Notes: generated by a model not told the origin, from the sequence alone. Shown: positions 19,747 to 29,032, counted from the first letter of the stretch. The stretch is DNA of 64,000 nt from Nanobdellota archaeon (GCA_038045445.1 JBBSYC010000008.1:870-64869); one strand, 5' to 3'. A program made the numbers and translations.

Positions 19747-20259
19747 CTAAATTAAAGGAAAAGAGATGTAATTTCCTTTATCGTGTGGGTTAAAATCGTT
19801 GGGGGCATCTACTATAAACGGAACTAAAACGCTTCCGGAGCTTAAAATAAAGGTGTGCGCCAATCCTGGAGAAACCTTTACAAATTTTCTATTTGGATCT
19901 GAGCTATCTACATCTAATGTTGTTTCAACACCAAATAAACCTTGATATTTTGAGCATTGTGCGATAGACTCTGGAACAACTATTTCTGGTTTTATTCTAT
20001 TTGTTTCTCCGGGCATTACTGCTCTTATAATGAGAGTTCCCTTACCTTTTGCTATTGTAAAATATTCTCCATAATTGGCATGAAAATGTTGTCCTAATGG
20101 CAATCCAGAAGTATCTAAGACATCTATAAAGTTTACTACTGCTATTTCTTGACCATGTAAATATCCTATAGGCATATCAGTAATTACTCTTCTACTATCT
20201 CTGTGACCCCCTGCTGGGTGTACCCTTACCATACCTTCTAGTTCAGATTCCTTTGACAT
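19747..20259 (-). CDS. cupin-domain protein (possible sugar isomerase/epimerase)
   Basis: LGQHFHANYGEYF and SPGLAHTF are two cupin motifs. The stop is TAG, immediately followed by the ATG of the next gene in the same frame. Confidence 0.4.
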   Translation of the reverse strand: MSKESELEGMVRVHPAGGHRDSRRVITDMPIGYLHGQEIAVVNFIDVLDTSGLPLGQHFHANYGEYFTIAKGKGTLIIRAVMPGETNRIKPEIVVPESIAQCSKYQGLFGVETTLDVDSSDPNRKFVKVSPGLAHTFILSSGSVLVPFIVDAPNDFNPHDKGNYISFPLI

Positions 20260-20298
20260 GAAAAGGGGTTAAAAACATGCTTTTTAAAAGTTGTGGCC

Positions 20299-20742
20299 TT
20301 ACAAAACGAGAGTTCTAAATTTATTTATCACAAAAAACTCTCTTGAATCAAGAACATCGTGTTTTACCATCCATATCAAATCTAAAAGAGAATGAAAGAT
20401 CATTCCCATAAATAAAAAGTAAAATGGTGAAAAAAACAAAGCGATTATTCCAGTCAGGATATGCAACTCAACAGTATGAAAAATGTGAAAATCTCTCTTT
20501 TCACACATTCCAAATTCTTCTTTTTGTTCTAATAAATTTTTTCTTCTATCCTTGCCATGATTTAATGCGTCTAAAGGGCTCCATTTTCCATGTTTGAAAG
20601 CTGCTACAAGATAATGATCGAAGTCTATAAACACTGAAGAAAACCATATTAAAAAAAGAGATACATAACTAGTTTCTGGAGAGAGTAACTTAAATGTTGT
20701 ACAGAAAATTATCCCTAACAGGATGTGCCATCTTGGAAGCAT
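20299..20742 (-). CDS. membrane-bound metal-dependent hydrolase-like protein (DUF457/YdjM-like)
   Basis: Polytopic, with an IDFDHY motif; 147-aa product. Confidence 0.35.
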   Translation of the reverse strand: MLPRWHILLGIIFCTTFKLLSPETSYVSLFLIWFSSVFIDFDHYLVAAFKHGKWSPLDALNHGKDRRKNLLEQKEEFGMCEKRDFHIFHTVELHILTGIIALFFSPFYFLFMGMIFHSLLDLIWMVKHDVLDSREFFVINKFRTLVL

Positions 20743-22260
20743 TTATTGTTCTCCTATTTTCTTTATTATATCTGCAAATGCTGGACGTGTGATTAGAATT
20801 CCGACAGTTATTCCTATTATTGTTGTAAATGCAAAACCTCTTAGAAGTCCTGCCCCTGCCCAGAAAAGCGGAAGCATTGCAGCAACTATAGTGAAAAACG
20901 CTCCGAATATTATAAATAAGGCTTTCTTTATTTTCTCTTTTAGCCCTGAGCCATCTTTGGACCTAGATTCATCAATAATTATTATTTGGTCATTTACCCC
21001 AGTTCCTATTCCTGCAATTATGCCCGCTATGCTTGCGGCGTCCAGATTCCATCTTAGAAGTGCTGCAATTCCTAAGGTAATAAATGCTTCAGAGAACATT
21101 GTAAGAATTACCGCTAAAGTAATTTTTATTTTTTTATATCTTACAAAAATTACTATCGATACTGCGAGAAAAACAAATAGGCCCAATGTAATTAAAGATT
21201 TTGTAAACTGTTCTCCTAATGAGGGAGATATTGTGTCTAATTTGACTATCTCTAACTGATAAGGTATGCTTCCAGTAAGAAGAAGTGTTTGGAGTTTGTG
21301 CATCTGAGCTCTTGCGTCGGAAAGAGCCAAATCTGGGGTAGTTCCTGTACCAGAACCTTGTATAGATATCTGTGTCGTTACTTGTCCCTTTAACCCTGAA
21401 CTTATTCTTAATTCATCTACTATTTCTCCATCCAAAACCAAAGTAAGATTTTCTAGAAGATATTGCCCTCCTGAAGAGGGGTCTAGGGGTATTAAGTTTG
21501 TTATATCTGCGTGGCGTTGTGCTGCTTCGGGACTTAGAGTTATAGTGAAACTAAACCTGCTTATGTATGTCCCATCTCCTAGAGATTCTGCAGGATAAAC
21601 TGCAGATTGCGAGGCGTCTCTAAATACGTGAGTTATATCTTTGTCTCCTCCTACAAAAACTGTTTTATTTCCTATGTTTGCTTCAAAATTCCCTTGTTTA
21701 CCTACAAGTTCCTCTAAATCTCTTGGAGAAGCTCCTGCGACTTCAACCAACATAAAATTATTTCCCTCAAGATCTTTGGAAGACCTTACTGTTAAGTCCG
21801 TAAGTCCAAAAACGTTTAGTCTCTGATTTGTGATTTCTACTAAATCTGACATTTCAGATTCTGTCAATGTTCCATTCACGGGCTTAACTAATGCCCTTGC
21901 TCCACCACTTAAATCTAAACCAGTTTTGATATTTGACTTTTGAAGTTTTCCTGCTGTAATAGAAGAGATATTTGAGTCTAAGAATATAAATGAATCTTTA
22001 TCTGTTAAAATAGAAATTCTTTTTTCTGAAGAGTCATTTAAAAATATTAAAGAAACCTTAGAATAATCTTCCAGCGAATTTATTTTCTGAGAATTTATCT
22101 CCTCTATAATCATCCCAGATCTTAGGCCTGAATCGAATGCTTTGGAATCTTTTTCTATATTTTTTATGGTGATTCCGTCTTTGAAAGTTGGAGAAATCAT
22201 AAATAAAGCTAAAACTAAAGAAATTATCAAAATCCAAAGTCTTAGAGTCATTTTAGCCAT
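20743..22260 (-). CDS. secD: protein-export membrane protein SecD
   Basis: 505-aa product with an N-terminal TM, a large periplasmic-type domain and a C-terminal 6-TM block (GIGTGVNDQIII, the conserved SecD/F motif). Overlaps secF by 1 nt (TAATG). Confidence 0.8.
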   Translation of the reverse strand: MAKMTLRLWILIISLVLALFMISPTFKDGITIKNIEKDSKAFDSGLRSGMIIEEINSQKINSLEDYSKVSLIFLNDSSEKRISILTDKDSFIFLDSNISSITAGKLQKSNIKTGLDLSGGARALVKPVNGTLTESEMSDLVEITNQRLNVFGLTDLTVRSSKDLEGNNFMLVEVAGASPRDLEELVGKQGNFEANIGNKTVFVGGDKDITHVFRDASQSAVYPAESLGDGTYISRFSFTITLSPEAAQRHADITNLIPLDPSSGGQYLLENLTLVLDGEIVDELRISSGLKGQVTTQISIQGSGTGTTPDLALSDARAQMHKLQTLLLTGSIPYQLEIVKLDTISPSLGEQFTKSLITLGLFVFLAVSIVIFVRYKKIKITLAVILTMFSEAFITLGIAALLRWNLDAASIAGIIAGIGTGVNDQIIIIDESRSKDGSGLKEKIKKALFIIFGAFFTIVAAMLPLFWAGAGLLRGFAFTTIIGITVGILITRPAFADIIKKIGEQ

Positions 22261-23156
22261 TAGTCTAATTTTTTATGCACTGCATACCATTTAATTATAG
22301 AAGCATTTGTAAGCCATGTATTTAGAATATCTGCGGATAAACCTATTGCTAAAATTAAAAATATCTGTCTAAATGAATCTGGGAGCCCTGTAACTATTAG
22401 AAATGCTGGGATGACTGCTATTAACCCTGTTAATGTCATAAACATTCCCGTCTTGAATGCTCCGTAAATTCTGGAGTTTACTGGTTCTCCCCTCTTTTTT
22501 AAGACTCTTGTTGTTAATAGAATATCTGTGTCTACAGAATAACCTATCAACATCAGAAAAGCGGCTATTCCTGCGGCCGATAATCTAAATCCAAAAAAGT
22601 CTACTACAGCAATAGCCATAATTATATCTGAAAGAGCTGCAAATATAACTGCGACACTAGGAATTAAAGTTCTAAAAAGAAAGAAAATAACTAAAGACAT
22701 CAACACAAAAGAGATTATCACTGCTATGATGAGCTGTCTATAAAAATTGTTGCCCAAACTTGGTCCGCTAAACTCTATGCTGGAGTTTTCATCTGTTAAT
22801 TTTTGACCCGTAATCTCCTCTATTAAAGGCTCTAGAACTTCTGGTTTTTCCGAGGAGTCGATTAAAACTGCAATCTGTTTTCCAGTAGAGATATCTGAAA
22901 TTGTTCTTACGTATACGTCTTCCAGAGACTTTTTCAGACTTAACTCTAGGTTCTTAGCATCTGATTCAGTCCTTAGAGTTATTGTTGTTCCTCCGGAGAG
23001 GCTAGGGTCTTTGTAAATTATATCTCCATTTTGAGAATAAAAGTACATAAGATAACTTATACAGATTATTAGCAAGACTACCGGTATGACTAACAATTTC
23101 TTATAATTTTTATCATACCAATGTTTTTTATTTTCTTGATTTGTGTGTTGTTCCAT
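22260..23156 (-). CDS. secF: protein-export membrane protein SecF
   Basis: 298-aa product with a C-terminal 6-TM SecD/F-family block; upstream of and overlapping secD. Confidence 0.75.
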   Translation of the reverse strand: MEQHTNQENKKHWYDKNYKKLLVIPVVLLIICISYLMYFYSQNGDIIYKDPSLSGGTTITLRTESDAKNLELSLKKSLEDVYVRTISDISTGKQIAVLIDSSEKPEVLEPLIEEITGQKLTDENSSIEFSGPSLGNNFYRQLIIAVIISFVLMSLVIFFLFRTLIPSVAVIFAALSDIIMAIAVVDFFGFRLSAAGIAAFLMLIGYSVDTDILLTTRVLKKRGEPVNSRIYGAFKTGMFMTLTGLIAVIPAFLIVTGLPDSFRQIFLILAIGLSADILNTWLTNASIIKWYAVHKKLD

Positions 23157-23165
23157 TTTGTTTTA

Positions 23166-23236
23166 TGCGCCATAGGGGAATCGAACCCCTCCCGTCTGAT
23201 TGGAAATCAGAAGTTCTACCACTAAACCAATGGCGC
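23166..23236 (-). tRNA. tRNA-Gly (anticodon UCC)
   Basis: Cloverleaf folded by hand: acceptor gcgccat/atggcgc, D-stem gttt/gaac, anticodon stem tctga/tcaga with loop uuUCCaa, T-arm agggg-ttcgatt-cccct, discriminator A. 71 nt, no encoded CCA. Confidence 0.75.
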
Positions 23237-23292
23237 TTATATATTCTTCAGTATAATGTGTTTTAAAGCTTGTGTTTGTTTAAGTAGAGATT

Positions 23293-23943
23293 ATGAAAGG
23301 CCAACATAGAATATGGGATTATTTGTATTTGCAAGGGTTATCTTGGAAGAAAGAGACAATTAGAATAAAGACTGCAATAAAAAATAAAAAAATATTTGAA
23401 CTAGGGGTTGGAAATGGAAAGACACTCAAAGCAATATTAAATCAAAATCCAAAGAAAGTTATCGCCATAGATATATCTGGAGAGGCAATAAAAAAATCAA
23501 GGGAAAAAATAAAATCCGATAAAGTCTTATATATAAAGTATGATATTCTCGATTTCAAAACTGGGGAAAAATTTGATGTAATTGCGTGCTATTATTTTTT
23601 AAACAATTTTATAGAAAGTAAAAGAAAGTTAGTAATTAAAAAGATTAAAGGTCTTTTAAGCAAAGATGGAACAATAATTTTTGAGGATTTTGCAATTGGA
23701 GATTTTAGACAAAGAGGAAAAGAAATAGAAAAAAATACTGTTGAAAAGCAAAACAAAATTATATGTCACTTTTTTGATAAGAAAGAGATAAAAAGATTAT
23801 TCAAAGATTTTAACATTTTAAAAATTGAGGAAAAAACATTTAATCCAATTAGAAAAGATAAGTCTGTTCAGAGAAAGATTTTGAAGGCAATTATTAAAAA
23901 TAAACGCTCTCGCCAGGACTTGAACCTGGAACCTTTGCCTTAG
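23293..23943 (+). CDS. class I SAM-dependent methyltransferase
   Basis: ELGVGNGKTL...VIAIDIS... is SAM-binding motif I. The 3' end (TAG stop) overlaps tRNA-Arg antisense by ~39 nt. Confidence 0.55.
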   Translation: MKGQHRIWDYLYLQGLSWKKETIRIKTAIKNKKIFELGVGNGKTLKAILNQNPKKVIAIDISGEAIKKSREKIKSDKVLYIKYDILDFKTGEKFDVIACYYFLNNFIESKRKLVIKKIKGLLSKDGTIIFEDFAIGDFRQRGKEIEKNTVEKQNKIICHFFDKKEIKRLFKDFNILKIEEKTFNPIRKDKSVQRKILKAIIKNKRSRQDLNLEPLP

Positions 23944-23978
23944 GAGGGCATTGCGCTATCCAATTGCGCCACGAGAGC
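23905..23978 (-). tRNA. tRNA-Arg (anticodon CCU)
   Basis: Acceptor gctctcg/cgagagc, anticodon arm (a)tgcc-cuCCUaa-ggca(a), T-arm ccagg-ttcaagt-cctgg, discriminator G. 74 nt. Confidence 0.7.
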
Positions 23979-24165
23979 TTTTTGTATCTAAAAAACATTA
24001 AAGGTGTAGATATAATCCTTGTGGTTCTTAGATGAAACCTAAAAATAAGTTAGCATATTTTATATTTTATTTTGAGGTTCTCCCTTACCTATTCCGACTT
24101 AGCTATGGGTACATACACATGTAATGAATTGAACTGTTTTAAAATTGCCTACAAAATAATTATTA

Positions 24166-24669
24166 CTAAGAATCAAGCATAGGCTGTGTTTTTTCTGAAG
24201 ATGCTGGATTAGAAATGATAAAATCAAAATTTCCTACTGGTTCTAAACTTCTTCTTGGATTAAACACTCCAATGGTTAAGTCAAGACCCCTATCTAAATA
24301 TTTTCTTAAGGTGATTTCTGGATCTTCACGATTATTCCATGGTTTAGATCTATCTGGCCAAGGACAATGATACAATATAGCATCTTTTGCAGACAATTCT
24401 TCTCTTAAAAATACCCCGTTTACATTTTCATAAGATGGATGGGGATTGTAATCCTATGATTCATATTGGTTCCAATCCCCGTAAGGGTTTTCTCTTTTTT
24501 TTGTATGTAATCTTTGTGTTTCTAACATTTTTAAGACTTCATCTATAAAGTAGCTTTTTCCAGAATCTGGAACTCCGAAGACTGCTCCAACAAAGGGTCT
24601 TATTTTAGAAACAGTAACTAAAGCGATTGTTCTTTCTATTGCTATTTTCATATCCAATACTTCTACCAT
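24166..24669 (-). pseudogene. P-loop NTPase/kinase-like gene interrupted by an in-frame TAG (24454–24456)
   Basis: The two ORF-track pieces 24454..24669 and 24166..24396 are in the same frame. Translation is continuous (...GVPDSGKSYF...NQYES[TAG]DYNPHPSYENVNGVF...LSAKDAILYHCPW...). Walker A is in the first piece. The gene starts 5 nt from tRNA-Leu. Confidence 0.45.
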
Positions 24670-24673
24670 AGAA

Positions 24674-24758
24674 TGCGGGAGGGAGGATTCGAACCTCCGA
24701 AGGCACTAAGCACAATAGCTCTTGAGGCTATCCCGTTTGACCACTCCGGAACCCCCGC
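24674..24758 (-). tRNA. tRNA-Leu (anticodon CAA), class II long variable arm
   Basis: Acceptor gcggggg/ctcccgc (one G-U), anticodon arm atagc-cuCAAga-gctat, 16-nt variable arm, T-arm ggagg-ttcgaat-cctcc, discriminator A. 85 nt. Confidence 0.75.
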
Positions 24759-24833
24759 TTGAAAATCCACGGAATAACTTATTTTAAAACCTATGTAATA
24801 AATATTTAAATTGTATCTGAGTATGATTTCTTA

Positions 24834-25787
24834 ATGAAACTGTCTGAGTTTGTTCAAAAGAAAATTTTAGTTACTGGGGGAGCAGGCTTTCTCGGTAAAG
24901 TGGTAGTTAGAAGACTTCTTAAGTTAGGGGTTCCTAAAAAAAATATTTTTGTTCCAAGAAGCCGAAATTATGACTTAAGAGATGGTAGAAATATCCAAAG
25001 AGTGTTCACCACTTTTAAACCAAACATAGTTATTCATCTTGCTGCTAATGTTGGAGGTATAGGTTATAACAAAGAGAATCCAGGTTCTATTTTTTATGAT
25101 AATGTGGCTATGGGAACACAATTAATTGAGAGGGCACGTCTTAGCAAAGTTGAAAAAATCATTGTAACTGGAACAGTTTGCTCATATCCTAAATTTACAA
25201 AGGTTCCTTTTAATGAATCTGAAATTTGGAACGGATACCCTGAAGAAAATAATGCTTTTTATGGAATAGCTAAAAAGGCTATTCTCGTACAGCTTCAGGC
25301 CTATAAAAGACAATACGGTCTTAAAGGCGTTTATCTTTTGCTCACAAATCTTTATGGCCCTGGGGATAACTTTGAAACTGAAAGTTCTCATGTTATTCCT
25401 GCATTAATTAAAAAAATTAGCCATGCTGTTGAAAATAATTTGAATGGAGTTACACTTTGGGGCACTGGAAATGCAATTAGAGAATTTGTGTATGTGGAAG
25501 ATGCTACCGAAGCGATAATAAAGGCAACTTTAAATTACAATAAAGAAGAGCCTGTTAATGTTGGTTCCGGAGAGCATATTTCAATAAGGAACCTTGCCGA
25601 AATAATTTCAAGATTACTTAAATTTAAAGGAAAAATAAACTGGGATTCAAGTAAACCTGATGGATACTTAATAAGATATCTCAACATTGATAAAGCTAAT
25701 AAAGAATTTGGGTTTAAAGCTAAAACAAAACTTAGAAGTGGTCTTAAAAAAACAGTTGAATGGTATCTTGCTAACAAGAAAAAGTAA
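24834..25787 (+). CDS. fcl: GDP-L-fucose synthase (GDP-4-keto-6-deoxymannose 3,5-epimerase/4-reductase)
   Basis: ILVTGGAGFLGK...HLAANVGGI...YGIAKKA and the overall 317-aa layout match Fcl/WcaG. Confidence 0.8.
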   Translation: MKLSEFVQKKILVTGGAGFLGKVVVRRLLKLGVPKKNIFVPRSRNYDLRDGRNIQRVFTTFKPNIVIHLAANVGGIGYNKENPGSIFYDNVAMGTQLIERARLSKVEKIIVTGTVCSYPKFTKVPFNESEIWNGYPEENNAFYGIAKKAILVQLQAYKRQYGLKGVYLLLTNLYGPGDNFETESSHVIPALIKKISHAVENNLNGVTLWGTGNAIREFVYVEDATEAIIKATLNYNKEEPVNVGSGEHISIRNLAEIISRLLKFKGKINWDSSKPDGYLIRYLNIDKANKEFGFKAKTKLRSGLKKTVEWYLANKKK

Positions 25788-25824
25788 ATAGGAAGTTTTA
25801 TAAATGTAACATTTAACTCACTTT

Positions 25825-25942
25825 TGAAGACGGCCATAGTGGCCGGGAAACACCTGTTCTCATTCCGAACACAGAAGTTAAGCCGGTTACGTCTGCGTGT
25901 TGTAGTCTCCGTTAAGAGGCAAAGCACGGATGCTGTCTTCGA
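25825..25942 (+). rRNA. rrf: 5S ribosomal RNA
   Basis: Helix I pairing gaagacggc...gctgtcttc. Loop C signature ccgaacac-agaag-ttaagcc. ~118 nt, followed by a T7 run. Stand-alone, with no adjacent 16S/23S in the window. Confidence 0.8.
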
Positions 25943-25950
25943 TTTTTTTA
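25943..25950 (+). terminator. oligo-T tract after the 5S rRNA (archaeal-type terminator)
   Basis: The sequence ttttttta sits immediately 3' of 5S helix I. Confidence 0.4.
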
Positions 25951-26001
25951 TATATCTTTGAGAGAGATAATCTTTATATCTACAAGTTAATTTGCTATTT
26001 G

Positions 26002-26907
26002 ATGAACTCAAGAGAGGGATTGGCAGATTTGCAAAATAGGTTTAATCAAACAAGAGAAAGGCTCAATCAAAAAGTGAATCAACATTGTGGAGAACTAATT
26101 GCTGCTTCATCTAGGGAATATGAATCTTATGGATGCGGTGGAAGACAGCTTCGTTTAAGAGAGAGGTTTGAAGTAGGAACAATAACTGACAGGACTGAAT
26201 TTACTGATTGCTTTACAACTAACGCGTTCTTATCAGGGGTTAAAACTTCAAAAAGAGAAACCAGTGATTTTTATGGAGCATCATATGATGTTATGTCTCT
26301 TGTCGCTGATATGGATAAGCCACCAGAACCGCCTGCCAGAAGTTTTCATGACCTTGACGGAAACCCTTTTAGACCAATTCGGATTTATGAGTTTGAAGAA
26401 TTCTTTGAAAGAACAGAAAGTCCGAGATTAGCACTTTGGATTGGAGACGCCGAAACAATCCCTTATTTACAAAATCGCTTAGAAGGACATGTTTATATGA
26501 CACTTGCGAGAACCCTTGAAAGAGAGCTTCCAATGACTGAGAAGATTCTAAGAAAAATTGAAAATGAACAATTTGATTTATACAAATCAATAAAAAATGA
26601 AGAAAACAGGTTGGGTAAATTGACGGCAGAGATAAACAGAAGACTTGGGGAGCTTAAAGAAGCTCGCAGGAATGGAGAAGATATAATTGAGGATGAAGTT
26701 TGTATAAACCTTAACTTTGGTCCTACAGTCTCAGAATCAAGGAATGGATTAATAGCATTAGTAAGAAGAGCAAGGGAAAGAAGATATGCAAAAGAAGGCT
26801 TAAGAGTTGAAAGAAAAAAAGATTCTGGAGTTGTAGAAGTAATTGATTTCGGCGAGTTCTTTGAGGATAGAATTAAAAGATATTTATCTAAAAAACAAAC
26901 TGCTTAA
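26002..26907 (+). CDS. hypothetical charged cytoplasmic protein
   Basis: ATG at 26002 chosen because the ORF-track start at 25930 lies inside the 5S rRNA. 302 aa, Arg/Glu-rich, no motif recognised; GC-richer. Confidence 0.45.
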   Translation: MNSREGLADLQNRFNQTRERLNQKVNQHCGELIAASSREYESYGCGGRQLRLRERFEVGTITDRTEFTDCFTTNAFLSGVKTSKRETSDFYGASYDVMSLVADMDKPPEPPARSFHDLDGNPFRPIRIYEFEEFFERTESPRLALWIGDAETIPYLQNRLEGHVYMTLARTLERELPMTEKILRKIENEQFDLYKSIKNEENRLGKLTAEINRRLGELKEARRNGEDIIEDEVCINLNFGPTVSESRNGLIALVRRARERRYAKEGLRVERKKDSGVVEVIDFGEFFEDRIKRYLSKKQTA

Positions 26908-26938
26908 GGTTTAATACTTCTAGACTATATTGTAGAGG

Positions 26939-27193
26939 ATGAAAACACTCTCAAAAAAAGAAGTTGCTAAAAGGATAGAAGATTATTTTTCTAAAGATAA
27001 ACTTGATTCTCTTCAGACTAAAAAGATAAAGAATCTTGCAATGGCTAACCAGATTAGACTTAAGGACCATAGAAAAAGATTTTGCAGGAAATGCTTCGAA
27101 GATTTAAGACTTGGAAAAATCAGAGTATCTGAAAGATATAAAACAATTGTTTGTGGTTCTTGTAATTATAAAAATAGATTTAAGCTTTCTTGA
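26939..27193 (+). CDS. rnp4: RNase P protein subunit Rpp21 (Rpr2 family)
   Basis: Basic N-terminal helix plus a C-terminal zinc ribbon (RFCRKC...CGSCNYKN), typical of Rpr2/Rpp21; 84-aa product. Confidence 0.6.
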   Translation: MKTLSKKEVAKRIEDYFSKDKLDSLQTKKIKNLAMANQIRLKDHRKRFCRKCFEDLRLGKIRVSERYKTIVCGSCNYKNRFKLS

Positions 27194-27377
27194 ACTTGGA
27201 TACTTCCTCTAAAACGTCTGCGTGACCCAATAGTGCTGCCCTGCAGCAATATCTTTCTAAACCCAAATCAGTAAGAACTTTCCCTGCTTCTTCGCCAGCG
27301 CTCACTCTACGTTTATACTCTTCCCACAACTGCCCTATCGGCTTCCCACAACCAAAACAGCGAACTGGAATTATCAT
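27180..27377 (-). CDS. rpoN: DNA-directed RNA polymerase subunit N (Rpo10/RpoN)
   Basis: [15 protein letters not shown]...LGLERYCCR is the conserved RpoN/Rpb10 sequence. 65 aa; 14-nt convergent overlap with rnp4. Confidence 0.85.
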   Translation of the reverse strand: MIIPVRCFGCGKPIGQLWEEYKRRVSAGEEAGKVLTDLGLERYCCRAALLGHADVLEEVSKFKKA

Positions 27378-27427
27378 AACTGAGATGAAAGAAGAAGGTT
27401 TTTAAATATTCCGCTAAGAATAAGGGG

Positions 27428-28141
27428 GTGGTTGATTCTCTAATAAAACTTGAAGATGTAACTAAGCATTACCACATGGGAGACGCCGTTGTAAAGGCAG
27501 TCGATGGAATTAATATTGCTATTAAAAAAAGAGATTTTGTGGCAATAATGGGTCCATCTGGGTCTGGAAAGAGTACTGCTATGAATCTTGTTGGAAGCTT
27601 GGATATGGCGAGTCATGGAAGAATACTTTTAGAAGGAGTGGACATAGAGAGATTTGGAGAATCCGAACTAGCACAATTAAGGGGGAAAAAGATAGGTTTC
27701 ATATTCCAAAGTTTTAACTTGATACCCAATTTGACTGCTAGAGAAAATATAATGCTTCCCATGCTATTTCAGGGAGTTAATATTGAAGAAAGAGAGCGAA
27801 GAAGCCTGGAACTTCTGAAAATTGTGGAATTGGAAACTAGAATGGATCATTATCCTAACCAACTAAGCGGAGGACAACAACAAAGAGTCGCAATTGCTAG
27901 AGCTCTTGCAAATGATCCAGAGATAATTCTTGCTGATGAACCTACTGGAAATCTGGATACTAAAACTGGAGAAAATGTAATGAATTTATTGACTGATTTA
28001 AACCAAAGAGGAAAGACTATCATCTTAATCACTCATGCTCCTGAAGTGGCTATGAACCATGCCAAAAAAATATACTGGTTAAAAGATGGTAAAATAGAAA
28101 AAGTAACAATAAAAAAAGGAAATTCATGGGTAAAAGAATGA
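27428..28141 (+). CDS. ABC transporter ATP-binding protein (MacB/LolD-type)
   Basis: Walker [10 protein letters not shown], signature [15 protein letters not shown], Walker [15 protein letters not shown] start. Confidence 0.85.
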   Translation: MVDSLIKLEDVTKHYHMGDAVVKAVDGINIAIKKRDFVAIMGPSGSGKSTAMNLVGSLDMASHGRILLEGVDIERFGESELAQLRGKKIGFIFQSFNLIPNLTARENIMLPMLFQGVNIEERERRSLELLKIVELETRMDHYPNQLSGGQQQRVAIARALANDPEIILADEPTGNLDTKTGENVMNLLTDLNQRGKTIILITHAPEVAMNHAKKIYWLKDGKIEKVTIKKGNSWVKE

Positions 28142-28189
28142 TTAGTTCATGTTGCCATTTTTTAAATAAATCCTTATAAATGTTGTTTA

Positions 28190-29032
28190 TTGCGCTGGAT
28201 AATGAAGAAAATAATTATTCTGTTTTGGAGTGCTTTTTTGATTCTTAACCTTACTAGCGGACTATCTGTTGATTCAGTTACTGTAGACACCGTATCTCCA
28301 GGTGAAGAGGGAGTCATTAAAGTTAACTTAGATAATGATGGGAATAGAGATATAGATTTTCTTTCTTTCAGTCTAAAATTCCCTAATTCTGGAATAATTC
28401 CTTGGGGAAGTTCCGAGGCATTCATTAATACATTGAAAGAAGATGAAGAAGAAACAATTGCTTTCAAATTCAGAGTTGGAAATGACTTACCAGTTGGAAC
28501 ATACTCTCTTTCTTATTCTATGACTTATGAGGAAAATAATGATGAAAGGGAACAAAGTGGTACTATAGGAGTGATCGTTTCTGCTGAGCCTGAAATAGAA
28601 ATAATTGCCGATACTCAAAACGCAATAATTGGATTGCAAGAAACCTTGAATCTCAGAGTCGTAAATAAAGGTCTTGCAGATGCAAGATTTGTTTATCTTT
28701 TTATAGAAAGTGAAGATATTACCTTGCTTTCTGAAAACTCGGAATACATTGGGACAATAGATTCTGATGACTTTGAGACTAGTTCTTTTGAAGTTATTTA
28801 TAACCGCAAATTTCCATTGATATCTGTTAGGGTAACTTACAAAGACTTTAACAATAAAGAACAAGAAATAACTAAAAGTATATCTCTTAGAGCTTATACT
28901 TCTGATGAAGCAATAGAGAAAGGTATTTTAAAGAAAAACAATGTGCCTCTCTATGTCGGAATTGTTTTATTATTGGTTATATTGTGGATTGTATATAGAA
29001 CTCTTAGAAGAAGACATAAAAACAAAAACTAA
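28190..29032 (+). CDS. exported single-pass membrane protein (signal peptide plus C-terminal TM/basic tail)
   Basis: N-terminal hydrophobic signal and a C-terminal TM with a basic anchor (LYVGIVLLLVILWIVYRTLRRRHKNKN). It lies between the ABC ATPase and the permeases. Confidence 0.5.
   Translation: MRWIMKKIIILFWSAFLILNLTSGLSVDSVTVDTVSPGEEGVIKVNLDNDGNRDIDFLSFSLKFPNSGIIPWGSSEAFINTLKEDEEETIAFKFRVGNDLPVGTYSLSYSMTYEENNDEREQSGTIGVIVSAEPEIEIIADTQNAIIGLQETLNLRVVNKGLADARFVYLFIESEDITLLSENSEYIGTIDSDDFETSSFEVIYNRKFPLISVRVTYKDFNNKEQEITKSISLRAYTSDEAIEKGILKKNNVPLYVGIVLLLVILWIVYRTLRRRHKNKN

Noticed and set aside
20723-21259. 178-aa plus-strand ORF antisense to secD
   Set aside because: It lies entirely within the well-supported SecD coding region on the opposite strand. 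It is low-complexity and has no start context.
23979-24165. Possible ncRNA or tRNA in the 187-nt gap after tRNA-Arg
   Set aside because: No cloverleaf, and no SRP or RNase P signature, could be folded by eye. It is left unannotated.
25535-26011. 158-aa minus-strand ORF, and the 25930 start of the plus-strand ORF
   Set aside because: Both run through the 5S rRNA gene (25825–25942), so they are spurious translations of structural RNA.
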